64,000 nt of DNA from Nitrospirales bacterium (GCA_963555755.3 OY820905.2:3744001-3808000), one strand, 5' to 3'; shown: positions 20,304 to 32,677, counted from the stretch's first letter. The notes: generated by a model from the letters alone, not told the origin. Made by a program: numbers and translations.

Positions 20304-20526
20304 TTAAATCGTTGAAGAGGGCACAATGAGATTTTGCAGCTACGAGAGGCATAGGGATGGCTCAACAGGCCCTGAAGGAATAACACACGAGAGTGTTGCT
20401 TCACTCTACGCATGGTGCAGCACGAAACTATCCTTGTTTTCTCTTTTTTTCTCAACGTGTTAGATTTGCAGAGCTTGTTCAAACCTAATCCATAAATTTT
20501 CAATGAGCCCTTGCTTGCCAGTGGCA

Positions 20527-23500
20527 TGACTGCTTCAGACCCCGACACTAACCCGCCCCCAACGCCGAAACCATCGGGAATAAGACGAGTCTTGAAATGG
20601 CTGGGGGTTTTCGCCGGCCTTGTTTTGATCCTTGTGTTGTGCGTCGTCTTGCTGTTGACCTATTGGTTCCCCTCTGAATTGGTGCGTGAGGAGTTAGAAG
20701 TGCGATTGTCTGACATGCTGGATGGGACGGTGCGCATTCGGGGTCTGTCCTTTAACCTTTTGCATGGACTGAGCTTACAGCACGTCGAATTTCAGAAAGG
20801 CCCACAGCCCATGCTTGAACTCGATCGTTTGGTTTTAGATTACAGCCTGTTCGGTCTTCTCCAGCAGAAGTTGAAAATCAATGAGGTTCGCATCGACGGA
20901 GCTGATCTTTCTCTCAACTTGGCAGAGTTACAGGGGGCTTCGGACGAACACGAGCCAGCTCCGCCTTCGACGGACCCTGGAGCGTTGCCTCCAATCCCTT
21001 TGAGCTTGGATCTCGAATCTTTGATCATCAGTCGGACCAATATTCAATTAGATGTGTCACCGGACCTTGCGGTGACGGTGCGTGATCTCAACCTTGAACT
21101 GTCTGGTGGAGTCGAACACGATCTTGTTCAACTCAAGGGTGTGGTGGTGGTGGCGCAAGTGGGGGTTGATCTTGAGGAGAAGGAACTCCGTTTTCCCCTT
21201 GGTCTGAGCTTCGATGTCAAAGCGGATTTGCCCTCACAACATCTGACCCTTGACCACGTGACGGTCACCTCAGAGCCGACGCTAGATTTGACGCTATCGG
21301 GAACAATCGAGGAGTTTCTCGGCAATCCGTCTGTTGATCTTTCGCTAGATGATACTCGGTTTGATATCCAGCGGATCTTGGCCTTAGTCCATGACTTTGT
21401 GCCAGCGGAATTTCATGATGTAAATGTCTCCGGAATCCTATCGCCCACATTGTTCGTCAAGGGAGGGCTTGGGGAGAGTGGGTTTTCCGGAGCGGTGAGC
21501 ACGGGCCTTGCGATTCAGGGTTTACAGACAGATCTTACCCAGTTTGAGATAAAACTCCATCCCACGAATGTGGAAGTGAATCTGACGGATGTGGTGATTA
21601 AAGACAATATGCCTGATGCCGGAACCATTGAGATTCACGTTCAGTCAGACAAGGCGGCGTTCCAGATTTATGAGGTCGAGGGCTTGGACTTTCAGTTTTC
21701 AGGAGATTACTTTGCCTTGGGGCCTGTGTCTGTGAAAATGAATGTTTCGGGCACAGCCAATTTACCGCCTCAAGAGCCGCTTGCGGCACTGACGCTTCCA
21801 TTCGCCGTACGACTCGACGCGCTTGGAAACTATCGTACGCAGGATGCCAAGATCAAACAGTTGGTGGTGGAATTGGGCAACCTACTGACGGTTCAACTCG
21901 ACGGGACTGTGAAACCCAATCCGGGTTCGCCCCAGACCATGAGTGTCGATCTGAAAACGCGGCTTGAACCTCACCTTGAGCATATTTTTCCCCTCGTTCC
22001 TCAAAATCTGTTACAGGATTTTTCTATTGAAAAACTCACTGCGCCGGATTTTCTCACCGTCCACGTTCAAGCGAGACTCGATACAGAGTATCGGCCGCTT
22101 GATGCAGACGTCTCAGCCAGAGGGAATGTGGGCAACATGACCATCAGGCAGAAAGCATTCTCTGCTGGAGGCACCCTCGACACCATGAATGTTGTTCTTG
22201 CGACCCGGTATAATGCTCAGAGGGAGGATGTCAGGGGATCCGTAACCGGGAACCTGACTCTCGTAGGTCTTGACTATGGGGAGATGGCTGCGGTTGGGCA
22301 AGTTGGTTTGGCGTTGGACACCTCCTTTAGCGGACGGCTCTCTTCCACCTTTGAGCTCAGCGAGTTGTTGTCTGAGCAAGCGTTAACCCTGTTGGTAAAG
22401 AACCTGCAGTATACCTCTCCGGAATTAGGGGTGGGCTTGGAGGAATTGACGTTATCCGCCACACTCCATGAAGACTTTGATGAACAACATTTTACGGTCG
22501 ATGAACTTCGTGTGACCAGTGAGTCGCTCATGGATGTGATGCTCGCCGCTGACTTTCACCAGGAGTCGAAGAGCTTTGATGTTTCGCTCGATATTCCCTA
22601 CGTGAATGTCGGGGAGTTGCAAAGCAAGTTGTCTGGTGAGGCAGTACAGAGTCTGAATGAATTGAATCCCGGGGGTACGATGTCACTTTCCATGAAGGCT
22701 TCGGGCCGAGTGCCTGAGGAACAGGACATCCAAGCATTGGACATTCCCGTTGCCCTGACCACCAAGCTTTCTTTGGACAACGTGCATGGAGCCTTTGCCG
22801 ACTATCTGGTGAATGGCGCTGAAGGCACGGTCTCTTTTTCTTTTGTGCCGGGCGATCGTCCTGTGGTGCAGGTGGAAACCGATCTTACGTTTGCCGAGGT
22901 GTTGTTGGAACCGGGGTTACCGCTTGAGCGTCTGTCCGGGACATTTGCCAAGTTTAATATCATGACGACAAATTTTGATGAAGTTGCGGTAAATACGTTG
23001 CATGTCGGAATGGACGGCGCGGATGTTTCCCTGGAAGGTACGATTGGCGGCATTCGAGAGATCATTGAAGGTAAGGGCAATGTGATGTCGAACTTGCCGG
23101 ATATGTTTGCCCAAGTGAACACCACTGTTCAGGTAAGCCTCGATGAATTTCAAACGGTGTTGCAGCCGATGGGGCTCATTGGCACAGGACAAGTTCAGGT
23201 TGGTGTGTCTCTCTTAAAGAAGGAGCGTGGCCCCCTGGCTCTGAAGCTGAATCTGGGAAGCCGAGGTATCCAATTCAGTCAGGAGGGAACACGAATAGAA
23301 AATATGGATGGGCAGATCACCATCCGAAAGCGACTGAACTGGATTGAAAACGCCGGTGCCAAATCCCAGACACGAATGTTTCGTCCAACTGATGTGCTGT
23401 CTCAGTTGCGTTCGATTAAAGGAAAAGAAAAGAGTTTGGCCGTTGAACGTCTCGATCTTGGATTGATCTCGGTGTCGAACTTTTCCGCGAATATTCTGTT

Positions 23501-24101
23501 TGATCAAGATGCCTTCAAGGTTCAAAATTTAGCCATGAATCTGCTGAATGGGGGGGTGGGCGGAAACATTATCGTGACCGGTGGTAAGGCGTTTGGTGTG
23601 GCAGGGCGATTTGAAGCGGCGCATCTCGACCTCAATCAATTGCTTGATGACACGCAACGAATATCCGGAGATAACCTGCTGGATGCGACCATTGGCCTGT
23701 CGGTCTTTTTTGACAAAGAGACCGGAGCGCTGGATCTGAGTCGAACTGAGGTGAAGCTGTTTATCACGCATATTGGCCAGGAAGCCGTTGATCGGTTGTT
23801 GGTATTGCTGGATCCCGAAGGCAGTAATCCCACCTTGGTTTCCGCGCGGTCGCAAATCACACTCGCCAATCCGTCCAAGGTGTCCCTGCAATTGACAAGA
23901 GGAATGCTGGGTTTGGAGATTCTGTTTAGTGAAGGCTTCCTCCAGCCGTTTCGGCTCAATCGAATTCCGATCGGGAAGATCAAACAATTTAAGGCTGTCA
24001 CGGAAGGCATTCCCGGTTGGGACAATGTGAGAGAGATCATGGCCTTTGTTGGCGCTCAGTCTTATGGTCTGGATGAACAGGGAAAACTGGTGCTGCAGTA
24101 A
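20527..24101 (+). CDS. Large AsmA/YdbH/TamB-like inner-membrane-anchored periplasmic protein
   Basis: Single N-terminal TM helix, then ~1150 aa of amphipathic beta-strand-like sequence; adjacent DUF1318 gene. Confidence 0.7.
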
Positions 24102-24248
24102 TGCGTAAAGCGTAATGCGTTATGAGTAAATGGCAAAGGAAAATACAGAGATGAGTTTAGGTCTCTTCACCCATGACGCATCACGTTTTACGCATCACGA
24201 TTTTTCAGGAGGAGCCCAATGATGCCTCATCAAGGAGGAACACATACC

Positions 24249-24818
24249 ATGAAGCACATGAGTCAAACCATCCTTTGGCTCGTCCTAGTCTTTGTCGCTG
24301 GATGTGGTGGACCCTTGGTGGGTGTCACGGTAGTCGATGAGCGAACAGCCTTGGAAAATCAGGTGTTGGGAACCTATGAAGAGTTAAACCAGGAAGTGCT
24401 CTTAGTCGCGTCGGTTCGCTACATCGATCCCAAAGGAAAATTGAAAAAGTCTGCGGAAATTCCTTCCGGGAAGAAAAAGGTGATTCGGGCTCTCCAGCGT
24501 GCGTCATTCAATAAAGATGATATTGATCAGTACAAAGAACATGGGGTGCTCGGAGAGAACAATCAAGGTGGGATTACGCTCCTAGCCTCTGACAAGGTTC
24601 CCCCTGACCAATTGCCCTTTGTGGAACATCTGGTTCAGGAAGAAAACGCCGATCGTGAGATGGTCATGCGTCGGGTCATCGAGACGAATGAGAAACTCTC
24701 CAAGAAGGATTTTCCAAGGGTGAAAAAAATGTTTGCTTCATTAAATCGTGACAAAGCTTTGGCCGGGCACTTGATCCAATCCGAGGATGGCAAATGGACG
24801 AAAAAGGAAAAGAAATGA
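24249..24818 (+). CDS. DUF1318 (YdbL-like) lipoprotein
   Basis: Lipobox VAGC; TALENQVLG; GVLGENNQG...VQEENADR and terminal G.W..K. Confidence 0.75.
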   Translation: MKHMSQTILWLVLVFVAGCGGPLVGVTVVDERTALENQVLGTYEELNQEVLLVASVRYIDPKGKLKKSAEIPSGKKKVIRALQRASFNKDDIDQYKEHGVLGENNQGGITLLASDKVPPDQLPFVEHLVQEENADREMVMRRVIETNEKLSKKDFPRVKKMFASLNRDKALAGHLIQSEDGKWTKKEKK

Positions 24819-27800
24819 CAATAATCTGTTCGTCCCGCATCACGAGATTTCCAAAATCTTTAAAGAAGCTGATGTGGAGTCTTCTGTTCCTCGTGATGAG
24901 TGTTTTCTCTAGTCCCTGGCTCGGACAGGCTGCTGATGTTCATCAGGTCACCACGCATCCTGCACTGGAATATTTTCCTGCACCATCTCAAGACGGACGA
25001 TTTCTGGCCTTTGTGTCCGAACGATCGGGAAATGCGGACATTTGGTTGAAATCCTTGAGCCTTGGCGTAGTGTCCTTGCCCCGTCAACTAACGACGCATC
25101 CAGCCGTCGATAGAGATCCGTCCTTGAATGCTGAAGGCAGTCAATTGCTGTATGTCTCTCATAAGTCTGATCCTCGGGGAGACGTGTATCTGATGAATCT
25201 GACGACCGGCGAAGAGGAGCGACTCACCGGTTTAGGTACGGCAGATTCATTGCCGCAATGGGGAGAGGACGGAAATTCAATATTGTATCTCTCCCAGGAT
25301 GTGGTTTCTGGTGTTCAAACATTGAAACGACGAGCCGTAGCCAGTCATCAATCAACCACTCTGCTTTCAAATGTGTCCGCGTATACGATTGGGCCGGATG
25401 GCTGGATCGTGGTTTCGCAAAATGGAACATTGTTCCTTTTCAATGAGCAGACACCAGATCACGTGAAAAGCTTGGACGTGTCTTCGGGGTTGAACATGTG
25501 GTCGGCGATAAGTGGCGATCACTCTGTGGCCTGGACCCATTACGCGCAAGACAGCAATAAGGATGGGGTGTTGGATGCGAACGACGAATCTTCCATCTGG
25601 TTTGGTCAATGGGATTTCCAAGGCGGCACACAGCTCAGTCAGTATCACATGACGTCCTTAGGCCAATTCCATCTCTACCCGGCAGCGGCCCAAGGGTTTG
25701 TCTATTTTACGGATTTGGAAAAAGGGGACATCTTTCGAATCCGAATACAGGAATTTCTCGACGACTATTCCTCATTTGATCAGGCCAAAACACTGGCCGA
25801 CCGGCTATTGGATCGAGGCGAGATCAACAAGGGATTGGTCGTCCTCGCCAATATCTCGCGAAATTTGACGCAATCTCTTGATGAGGAAACCCGTGCCGAA
25901 TTTGATTTTGCCTACGCGGAACAGTTGATCGAGGCTGGTGAGTTTGTGCGAGCGCAACACGTGATCGAACCGTATGCAGAATCTTCAGGCGGGATTGGTG
26001 CGTTAGCAAACATTCACAAGGTCGTTCTGCCTCTGTACCAGCAAGCCCCTTCTATGAGTGAGGATGAACTCAAACGTGAGGTGAAAGCAGGCGCTGATGA
26101 GGTCATGGAAATCGGAGAAGTGTATGGAGAAAACGAAATCGTTTATGGCCAGGCTCTGATTGAAGCCGGTCGATTATATATGTTGATTGAAGATTCCCTT
26201 TCGGCTTTGGAATATTTAGTTCGCGTCGATGAGTTGGCGAACAAAGAGATTCGTGCCAAAGCCCTGTTTATCCGGGGAACGGTCTATCGGGGATTGGGAG
26301 ATCAAACCAGTGTACTCACGGTCTTCATTGATGTGATTACGATGTTTGGAGAAGACAGCTCGTGGGGAAAACGTGCGATCGCTCAAGCGATTGCCGTGTC
26401 GGAACAAGGGCAAGATGTGCATGAACACGTTGCCTCGCTTCGGGAACTCATTGCCCAGCAGGACACATTGAAGCTTTTGGTTGGGGCCACGCGGTTACGC
26501 ATCGCGGATTTGCTCGATGAGGCAGGCGAGCAGATCAAAGCTGTTCAAGCGCTTGACCGGTTGTTAGGCGAGCCTCCTCCCGACGTTCTGGCTTCCGACG
26601 CTCTGGTCACACAAGCCTATCGACGGAAAGCCGAGATTTTGGCTGCGGCCGAACGGTATGAGGAAGCGGCAGACATATATGGCATTCTCGTAGAACGAAC
26701 CGGAGAAGATCCGACGATGTTAGAGCAAGCCAAAGAACTCTTGGTCCTGCAACTGGTGAGAGAAGCAAGAAAGGATCGAACCATTGGCGAAGTCCGTATT
26801 GCCGCCAAGGCCTTTCGAAACATTACCGAAGATTACCCGGATTCGGTTGAAGCGCATCGCGGCTATATCAACACGAAGGTGATGCTGGAGGAGCTGCCTG
26901 AGGTGCAGGCGAGGTATCAAAATCTGGTTGCCCAGAAGCCTGATTCCTCGGTGTATCAATATAGTCAAGCCTTGGCGCTGTCCTATGCTCAGCCTCTTGA
27001 CGTGCCCAAAGTGGTGGAAATGCTTGAGGCGGCCATTCGTGTAGATCCGGGGGTTTCGTATTATCATCAGACCTTAGGGTGGGGCTATGAGCAGGAGGAG
27101 CAAATTGGTGGCAAACAAGGCTTTCTGGAAAAGGCGGAACACGAGTATCGGATTGCCCTTGAACTGAATGATGAATTCCGATTTCCTGATGTGGAGTCGA
27201 ATCTCCTCCTGAATCTTGGCAACACCTACCGGACGTTGGGTAATTTTCATGAGGCGTATCGGGCCTATCAACAGCGAGAGTCTGGCTATACACCAGCTGG
27301 GGATTCCGTGACTGAATTGCTGTACCGAAAAAACTATGGCGAGGCGTGCTTTAAGAGTGGGCGAACGGATGAAGCCTTGGTGCAGTATCAGTTAGCGTTT
27401 CATCGTGTTCCGGAAGACCAGAAAACTCTCAAAGCCGAATTGCTTGAACGGATTGCCCTCTCCTATCAAGACCTGGGAGACCATGCCAAAGCCGTCGATG
27501 CCTTTTCACAGGCATTGGAAATTAATCTCGAACTTGGCAACACAAAAAATCTTGCGCTGTTGCAACGGAACATTGGGGTGAGTCTGTACAACTTGAGCGT
27601 ATCCAGTTCAGGTGGGAGACGGGAGGCATTGAAGCGGGCGCTGAAAAACTATTTCACGAGCCTCGATACCCTCAAGCAATTTGGCGGAAAACAACAAAAG
27701 GAAAGCGCTGGTTTATTCAACGTCGATGTGGCGCTGGATGAGGGTGGCTCACAGGCTGCCACTGGATTTGACCAGAAGGGCGAACAGAAATTGATGTTTA

Positions 27801-30800
27801 GTTATATTGCGGGCACCTATGAGCGACTGGCTGAACCTGGCCCGGCGCGTGACTACTATCTGAAAAAACTTGAACTCATCTCTGAGACTGGTTTAACCGC
27901 GGGCAATGTGGGGCTCCTCACGGAAAAAGCCGTCGTACTGAACCGTGTTGGGTTGCTGTCTCATCAATTGGGTGAGGATGCCCAAGCCTTGGACTATATC
28001 CGGCAGTCCCTTGGCTACACCAAGACGTTAAGGTTGCCTTTTGGGACGGGAGTCAACCTGTATAATCTGTCGCGGTTGGCTGCTGAGGGTGTGCTTGGGG
28101 GACAGCCTGTTGATTGGACGATAATGACAACTCTCGTCGATGGTCTTGACCAGCACCTCGCAGAAGACCATGACGATGCTGCAACGTTTTATGCCCTGAC
28201 CAACACCGCTTTTTTGTTGTATCACTTGACCGAACCCCCACTCTTGGTTTCTCAAGATAGCGAAGGGACCATACAGGCCATGCATGCCTTTTATGACATG
28301 AAAAGTAAGGTATGGTCCTATTATACCAAGGCCGAAGAACTCTTGGTGCAGGGCTCAGTGCTTCCTGAAGGTCAGGTGTTGCCTACACAAGTTATTCTTA
28401 AGCTGAACAGGATGGAACTCGCGCAAGAGGCTGGAGAGCAGGAATCGTACCTGAAGATACAAGATGAATTATTGGCCCTGGTCGAACACCAAAATATTTC
28501 GAATGGTTGGTTGGGGTATGTTGCGCAAGCCGAGCAAGCTACTGATCAAGCCGAGCGGCAAGCCTTGCTCGCGCAAGCCTTTGATGCAGTGATGGCGCTG
28601 CCTTCACAGGTCTCCAATCCACAACAGGGAACAACCGCGGTTCTTGCTGGTTTGCAGACCTTATCTCGAATGTATGTGGATCAATTGGTAGAAGCTGAAT
28701 CCTATGCTCAGGCATTCGAAGTGGCCGAACGGCTGGACATGCGGGCTATGGTTATCCAATTGCAAGCGTCACTTGGTGAAGAGTTTTTCTTCAAAGGAGT
28801 GGGCGAATACGAAAGTGACCTTCGGGGTTTGTTGGCTGAGATCCGAAACAGTTTGGCCACGGCAAGGACTGAAGAAAGCGAAGCCTTGCTCATGGAACTC
28901 GAAGAGCTGTTATTTGGGCTGTATGAAGAATACCCGGCTGCCACGAGTTATTTCTGGCAATATCCGCCGCCAGAAGAAACGATGTCTCTCGTCTTGAACC
29001 CTGATCGAGTCTATCTCAAGGTCGTTGAAGGGATGAATCAGTTTCATGGGTTTATCCATGATGGGGCTGCAGTCCACTATGTTCCACTTGAAATGAGTGA
29101 AGGACGAGTTTCGGTGAAGGAGGTTCTGGGAGATTGGCTTTCAGGTGAAAGCCCCATGTATCTTTCAGTTCCGGATAATCATAGGCGAATGGTTACTCTG
29201 GCCCTGGCACCTACGAAGCCCGTGACGCGAGTATTCGGTTTTTATGACTTTGTGAGCGGGTATCACCAGCGAAGTGTTTTTTATTCCAATGTCGGGATTA
29301 TCGGTGAGTTGGCATTGGACCCCGGGCTCACAGCCGGTGATGTGCCGCTCTTGTCGCAACCATTGACTGGGGTCCCCAAGCACGATCATCCGATTGTGGA
29401 TCAATTGGACGTGTTAATTGCAACCCAACCACCTCAGGCGTTCAACTTTGTCTTGGCCGAAGAGTTGAAAGTACGAGAGCTCTTGCCGGTGGCGCGGTTG
29501 GCTGGGCGACCACACCATACGGCGGTTCTTTTTCATTCTCAGTCCTCCCGGGCTTCCTCAAATCCAGTCTTGATCTCGGCGCTCCTCCGAGCCGGGTTCC
29601 CGCATGTGGTGGTGGTTCGCGGCAATGACAATGAAAAAGCCGCGAGCCAGTTTGCCTCGCTGTACTTGGCCTACTTGAATGATGTGCCTCCCGACGAAGC
29701 CGTGTTCATGGCCAGAAGTGATGTGTGGGGGGCACAAGTGGGTTCCGCGCACGTCGAACTGTTTGGCTATGCGGGCATGAATGAGGAAGAGCGTGCCGAG
29801 TTTGCCGCATCCATTTACGATGAAGAGTTGGCAGCAGCCGTCAGCCTCTTTCAGGAAGACCAATTCGAACCGGCGTTGCAAAAAATGGAACATGCGCTTT
29901 CGGTGATTCATTATGCGGATAAATCCTCAGATTTTGCGGATTTGACCAAGCTGGCCGTGGATGCGTCTTTCAAGATTGGGAATTATCACAATGCCGTGTT
30001 TCATCAGAAGCGACTCCTGGAATCGCTTGATGAATCCACGCAACCCGAGGAACGCTCGGAAGCCTTGTATCGCTTGGGCATTCTCTATTCGCGGTCGGAA
30101 CAGTTCGATGAATCCATTCGGTATTTAGACGAAGCCATTCAATGGTGGACCAAAGCCGAGGAACTGGATCGTTTGGCTGAAGGCATCGCGCAATTGGGCG
30201 TGGTGCGGGAAAATATGGGGGCCTATTCCGATGCGTTGACGGAATTCGGCCGGTCGTTTGAGCTCTATGAGGAGATTGGCGAGATTGGCGATGTGGCCAC
30301 GCAGCATCGTCGCATTGGCCGGATTTATTACTTGCGATTAGGCCGATATGAAAAAGCCAGAGAACAGTTTCACGCGGCTCTCGACCTGTACCGCGAACTT
30401 GAAGATTCCAATGGGGAAGCCGAGACCTTGTTTGAGATTGGTCTGACCTACGAAAAGATGGGATTGTTTGATGAGGCCGATGAACAGTATCAGGCAGGCA
30501 ATCACATCGGCCAAGCGATTGAGTCGCCCTATCTGTTAGCGACAGGCAATTTGTATTTGGCCAATACGGCCTGGTTTCGAGGCGATTACCAAGAGGCGTT
30601 TCAGAATCTCACGCAGGCTGGCAAACAAGCCGATGCGGCTCAAGATGCGCAGCTCACCATTATGGTGAAAAATACGCGAGGCCTGATGTATTGGACCTTG
30701 AACGATTTGGATAAGGGGCTGACGCATTTAAAGCAAGCCGTGGTCTTGGCGGAAAAAACGGATATCAAAACCGAGCTGGCTTCGTCACTCAATAACTTGG

Positions 30801-32632
30801 GGCTGGTTTATCGGCAACAGGGGGATTACGTGACGTCACTGGAATACTTTGAACAAGCCAAAGCCATCGATGAAAGCCTGAACAGCCGCTGGGGGCTTGG
30901 CTACGATTATCGCAACATTGGCATGGCGTTGCTGAAGCTCGACCGATTGCAAGAGGCGTTGACACACTTTGTCCAAGCGGCTCAAACCAGTGCCGAAATC
31001 AAAAATGCCATCAATTGGGTTAAGGCGTTGCTGGAGCTGGGGAACGTGCACCGGAAGCTACAACATCCGGACCAGGCCGTGGAGTACTATGAACAGGCCT
31101 ATGATCTCTCCCAAAAATACGGCCTCAAAGAAGTGCTCTGGCGGGCGGCTGCAGGACAAGCCGGTGTTCTACAAGAACGTGGCCAAGCCGAAGATGCTTT
31201 TGGCTGGTACGCTACTGCCATTGATGTGGTGGAAGGCATGCGTGCCGCGCTGAAGATCGATGAGCTTCGCAATAGTTTTCAAGCCAATAAACAGGATCTC
31301 TATCGGGACACGATCACCTTGTTAGTAGAGATGGGTCGAACGGATGAAGCCTTTAATTATCTGGAACGGTCGCGTTCGAGAAGTTTTATTGACCTCCTGG
31401 GCAATCAGAAACTGACATTAAAAAACGAGGCTGATCAGGAAGCGCTTGAGCATATTGGCCAACTGGCTTTGCGAGTTGACGCCCTGACTCAAGAGCTTGG
31501 GAGCTATGACGAAGCGCCTCTTGAGTTTCAAGATACACTCAGGGATGCCAAAGTCGCGCATGAGGAAGCGCTTCTCGAACTCAAGCAGGACAATCCGGGC
31601 CTGAGCAGTTTCGTGTCCGTTGATCCCCTCAATCTCCCTCAGGTTCAAGAGATGCTGGATTCAGGCATTGCGCTGGTGTCTTACCTGATGGGGAAAGACA
31701 CCACCTATGTGTGGTTGATCCAAAAGAAAGAAACCAAATTTTTTCAGACGGCCGGGGGGGAAGCCGCGATTCTTCCACTGGTGAAACAGTATCGTGGCTT
31801 GGTTCAGAATACCGAACCTGTTGATAAAGAGCTGCGGGAGCTGTATGCACGCCTCATCAAGCCCTTTGAGCAAAACCTGAAGGGTGTTGAATATCTCGGA
31901 ATAATCCCCGATGGGGCGCTCCACTTTCTGTCATTTTCAGCGTTGAAGAATGATCAGGGATATCTCATTGATCGGTATCCGCTCTTTTATGCTCCGTCTG
32001 CGTCTGTCTTGGAATACACGTTTGCCAAACGGAAAGATGAAAAACTGACCAGAGTATTGGCCATCGGGAATCCGGACTTGGGCAATTACAATTATGATCT
32101 TCCGTTGGCCGAGTTGGAGGCACAGAGCATCAAATGGAATTACCCCGACATGGATATTCTCACCGGGGCCAAGGCCACCAAGGAATGGTTGGTGAGCAAC
32201 ATTTCCAAATACGGCATTATTCATTTGGCCACTCATGGCGAATTTGATGAAGTGAATCCGCTGTCCTCTTCATTGTGGCTTTCGTCGCAGCAACCGGATA
32301 ATCGAAAGCTCACGGTCAAGGAAATTTTTGGTTTGGATATTCATGCGGACCTGGTGACTCTGAGTGCCTGCCAAACAGGGTTAGGGAAGCTCAATGCCGG
32401 TGAATTAATCGGCCTCAATCGAGCCTTTTTTTACGCAGGCACGCATGCGTTGGTCTCTGCTCTGTGGCGTGTGGATGACTTATCCACCTCGGTCCTCATG
32501 AAGCATTTCTACCGGAATTATGTCACAATGAATAAAGCGAAGAGTTTGCGGCAGGCTCAGCTCATCGTCAAAAGGGACTTCCCGCATCCCTCATATTGGG
32601 CCGGATTTAATTTGGTTGGAGATTATTTGTAA
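24815..32632 (+). CDS. Giant exported PD40/TolB-propeller + TPR + CHAT (caspase-like) protein
   Basis: ATG overlaps upstream stop; signal peptide; P.PSQDGRFLAFVSERSGNADIW; many TPRs; CHAT motifs IIPDGALHFLSF, IHLATHG, LVTLSACQTG, LWRVDD, HPSYWAGF. Confidence 0.9.
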   Translation: MTIICSSRITRFPKSLKKLMWSLLFLVMSVFSSPWLGQAADVHQVTTHPALEYFPAPSQDGRFLAFVSERSGNADIWLKSLSLGVVSLPRQLTTHPAVDRDPSLNAEGSQLLYVSHKSDPRGDVYLMNLTTGEEERLTGLGTADSLPQWGEDGNSILYLSQDVVSGVQTLKRRAVASHQSTTLLSNVSAYTIGPDGWIVVSQNGTLFLFNEQTPDHVKSLDVSSGLNMWSAISGDHSVAWTHYAQDSNKDGVLDANDESSIWFGQWDFQGGTQLSQYHMTSLGQFHLYPAAAQGFVYFTDLEKGDIFRIRIQEFLDDYSSFDQAKTLADRLLDRGEINKGLVVLANISRNLTQSLDEETRAEFDFAYAEQLIEAGEFVRAQHVIEPYAESSGGIGALANIHKVVLPLYQQAPSMSEDELKREVKAGADEVMEIGEVYGENEIVYGQALIEAGRLYMLIEDSLSALEYLVRVDELANKEIRAKALFIRGTVYRGLGDQTSVLTVFIDVITMFGEDSSWGKRAIAQAIAVSEQGQDVHEHVASLRELIAQQDTLKLLVGATRLRIADLLDEAGEQIKAVQALDRLLGEPPPDVLASDALVTQAYRRKAEILAAAERYEEAADIYGILVERTGEDPTMLEQAKELLVLQLVREARKDRTIGEVRIAAKAFRNITEDYPDSVEAHRGYINTKVMLEELPEVQARYQNLVAQKPDSSVYQYSQALALSYAQPLDVPKVVEMLEAAIRVDPGVSYYHQTLGWGYEQEEQIGGKQGFLEKAEHEYRIALELNDEFRFPDVESNLLLNLGNTYRTLGNFHEAYRAYQQRESGYTPAGDSVTELLYRKNYGEACFKSGRTDEALVQYQLAFHRVPEDQKTLKAELLERIALSYQDLGDHAKAVDAFSQALEINLELGNTKNLALLQRNIGVSLYNLSVSSSGGRREALKRALKNYFTSLDTLKQFGGKQQKESAGLFNVDVALDEGGSQAATGFDQKGEQKLMFSYIAGTYERLAEPGPARDYYLKKLELISETGLTAGNVGLLTEKAVVLNRVGLLSHQLGEDAQALDYIRQSLGYTKTLRLPFGTGVNLYNLSRLAAEGVLGGQPVDWTIMTTLVDGLDQHLAEDHDDAATFYALTNTAFLLYHLTEPPLLVSQDSEGTIQAMHAFYDMKSKVWSYYTKAEELLVQGSVLPEGQVLPTQVILKLNRMELAQEAGEQESYLKIQDELLALVEHQNISNGWLGYVAQAEQATDQAERQALLAQAFDAVMALPSQVSNPQQGTTAVLAGLQTLSRMYVDQLVEAESYAQAFEVAERLDMRAMVIQLQASLGEEFFFKGVGEYESDLRGLLAEIRNSLATARTEESEALLMELEELLFGLYEEYPAATSYFWQYPPPEETMSLVLNPDRVYLKVVEGMNQFHGFIHDGAAVHYVPLEMSEGRVSVKEVLGDWLSGESPMYLSVPDNHRRMVTLALAPTKPVTRVFGFYDFVSGYHQRSVFYSNVGIIGELALDPGLTAGDVPLLSQPLTGVPKHDHPIVDQLDVLIATQPPQAFNFVLAEELKVRELLPVARLAGRPHHTAVLFHSQSSRASSNPVLISALLRAGFPHVVVVRGNDNEKAASQFASLYLAYLNDVPPDEAVFMARSDVWGAQVGSAHVELFGYAGMNEEERAEFAASIYDEELAAAVSLFQEDQFEPALQKMEHALSVIHYADKSSDFADLTKLAVDASFKIGNYHNAVFHQKRLLESLDESTQPEERSEALYRLGILYSRSEQFDESIRYLDEAIQWWTKAEELDRLAEGIAQLGVVRENMGAYSDALTEFGRSFELYEEIGEIGDVATQHRRIGRIYYLRLGRYEKAREQFHAALDLYRELEDSNGEAETLFEIGLTYEKMGLFDEADEQYQAGNHIGQAIESPYLLATGNLYLANTAWFRGDYQEAFQNLTQAGKQADAAQDAQLTIMVKNTRGLMYWTLNDLDKGLTHLKQAVVLAEKTDIKTELASSLNNLGLVYRQQGDYVTSLEYFEQAKAIDESLNSRWGLGYDYRNIGMALLKLDRLQEALTHFVQAAQTSAEIKNAINWVKALLELGNVHRKLQHPDQAVEYYEQAYDLSQKYGLKEVLWRAAAGQAGVLQERGQAEDAFGWYATAIDVVEGMRAALKIDELRNSFQANKQDLYRDTITLLVEMGRTDEAFNYLERSRSRSFIDLLGNQKLTLKNEADQEALEHIGQLALRVDALTQELGSYDEAPLEFQDTLRDAKVAHEEALLELKQDNPGLSSFVSVDPLNLPQVQEMLDSGIALVSYLMGKDTTYVWLIQKKETKFFQTAGGEAAILPLVKQYRGLVQNTEPVDKELRELYARLIKPFEQNLKGVEYLGIIPDGALHFLSFSALKNDQGYLIDRYPLFYAPSASVLEYTFAKRKDEKLTRVLAIGNPDLGNYNYDLPLAELEAQSIKWNYPDMDILTGAKATKEWLVSNISKYGIIHLATHGEFDEVNPLSSSLWLSSQQPDNRKLTVKEIFGLDIHADLVTLSACQTGLGKLNAGELIGLNRAFFYAGTHALVSALWRVDDLSTSVLMKHFYRNYVTMNKAKSLRQAQLIVKRDFPHPSYWAGFNLVGDYL

Positions 32633-32677
32633 CAACTTGCCAGATGGTCAATTACAGAAATCAACAATGAGGCATGT

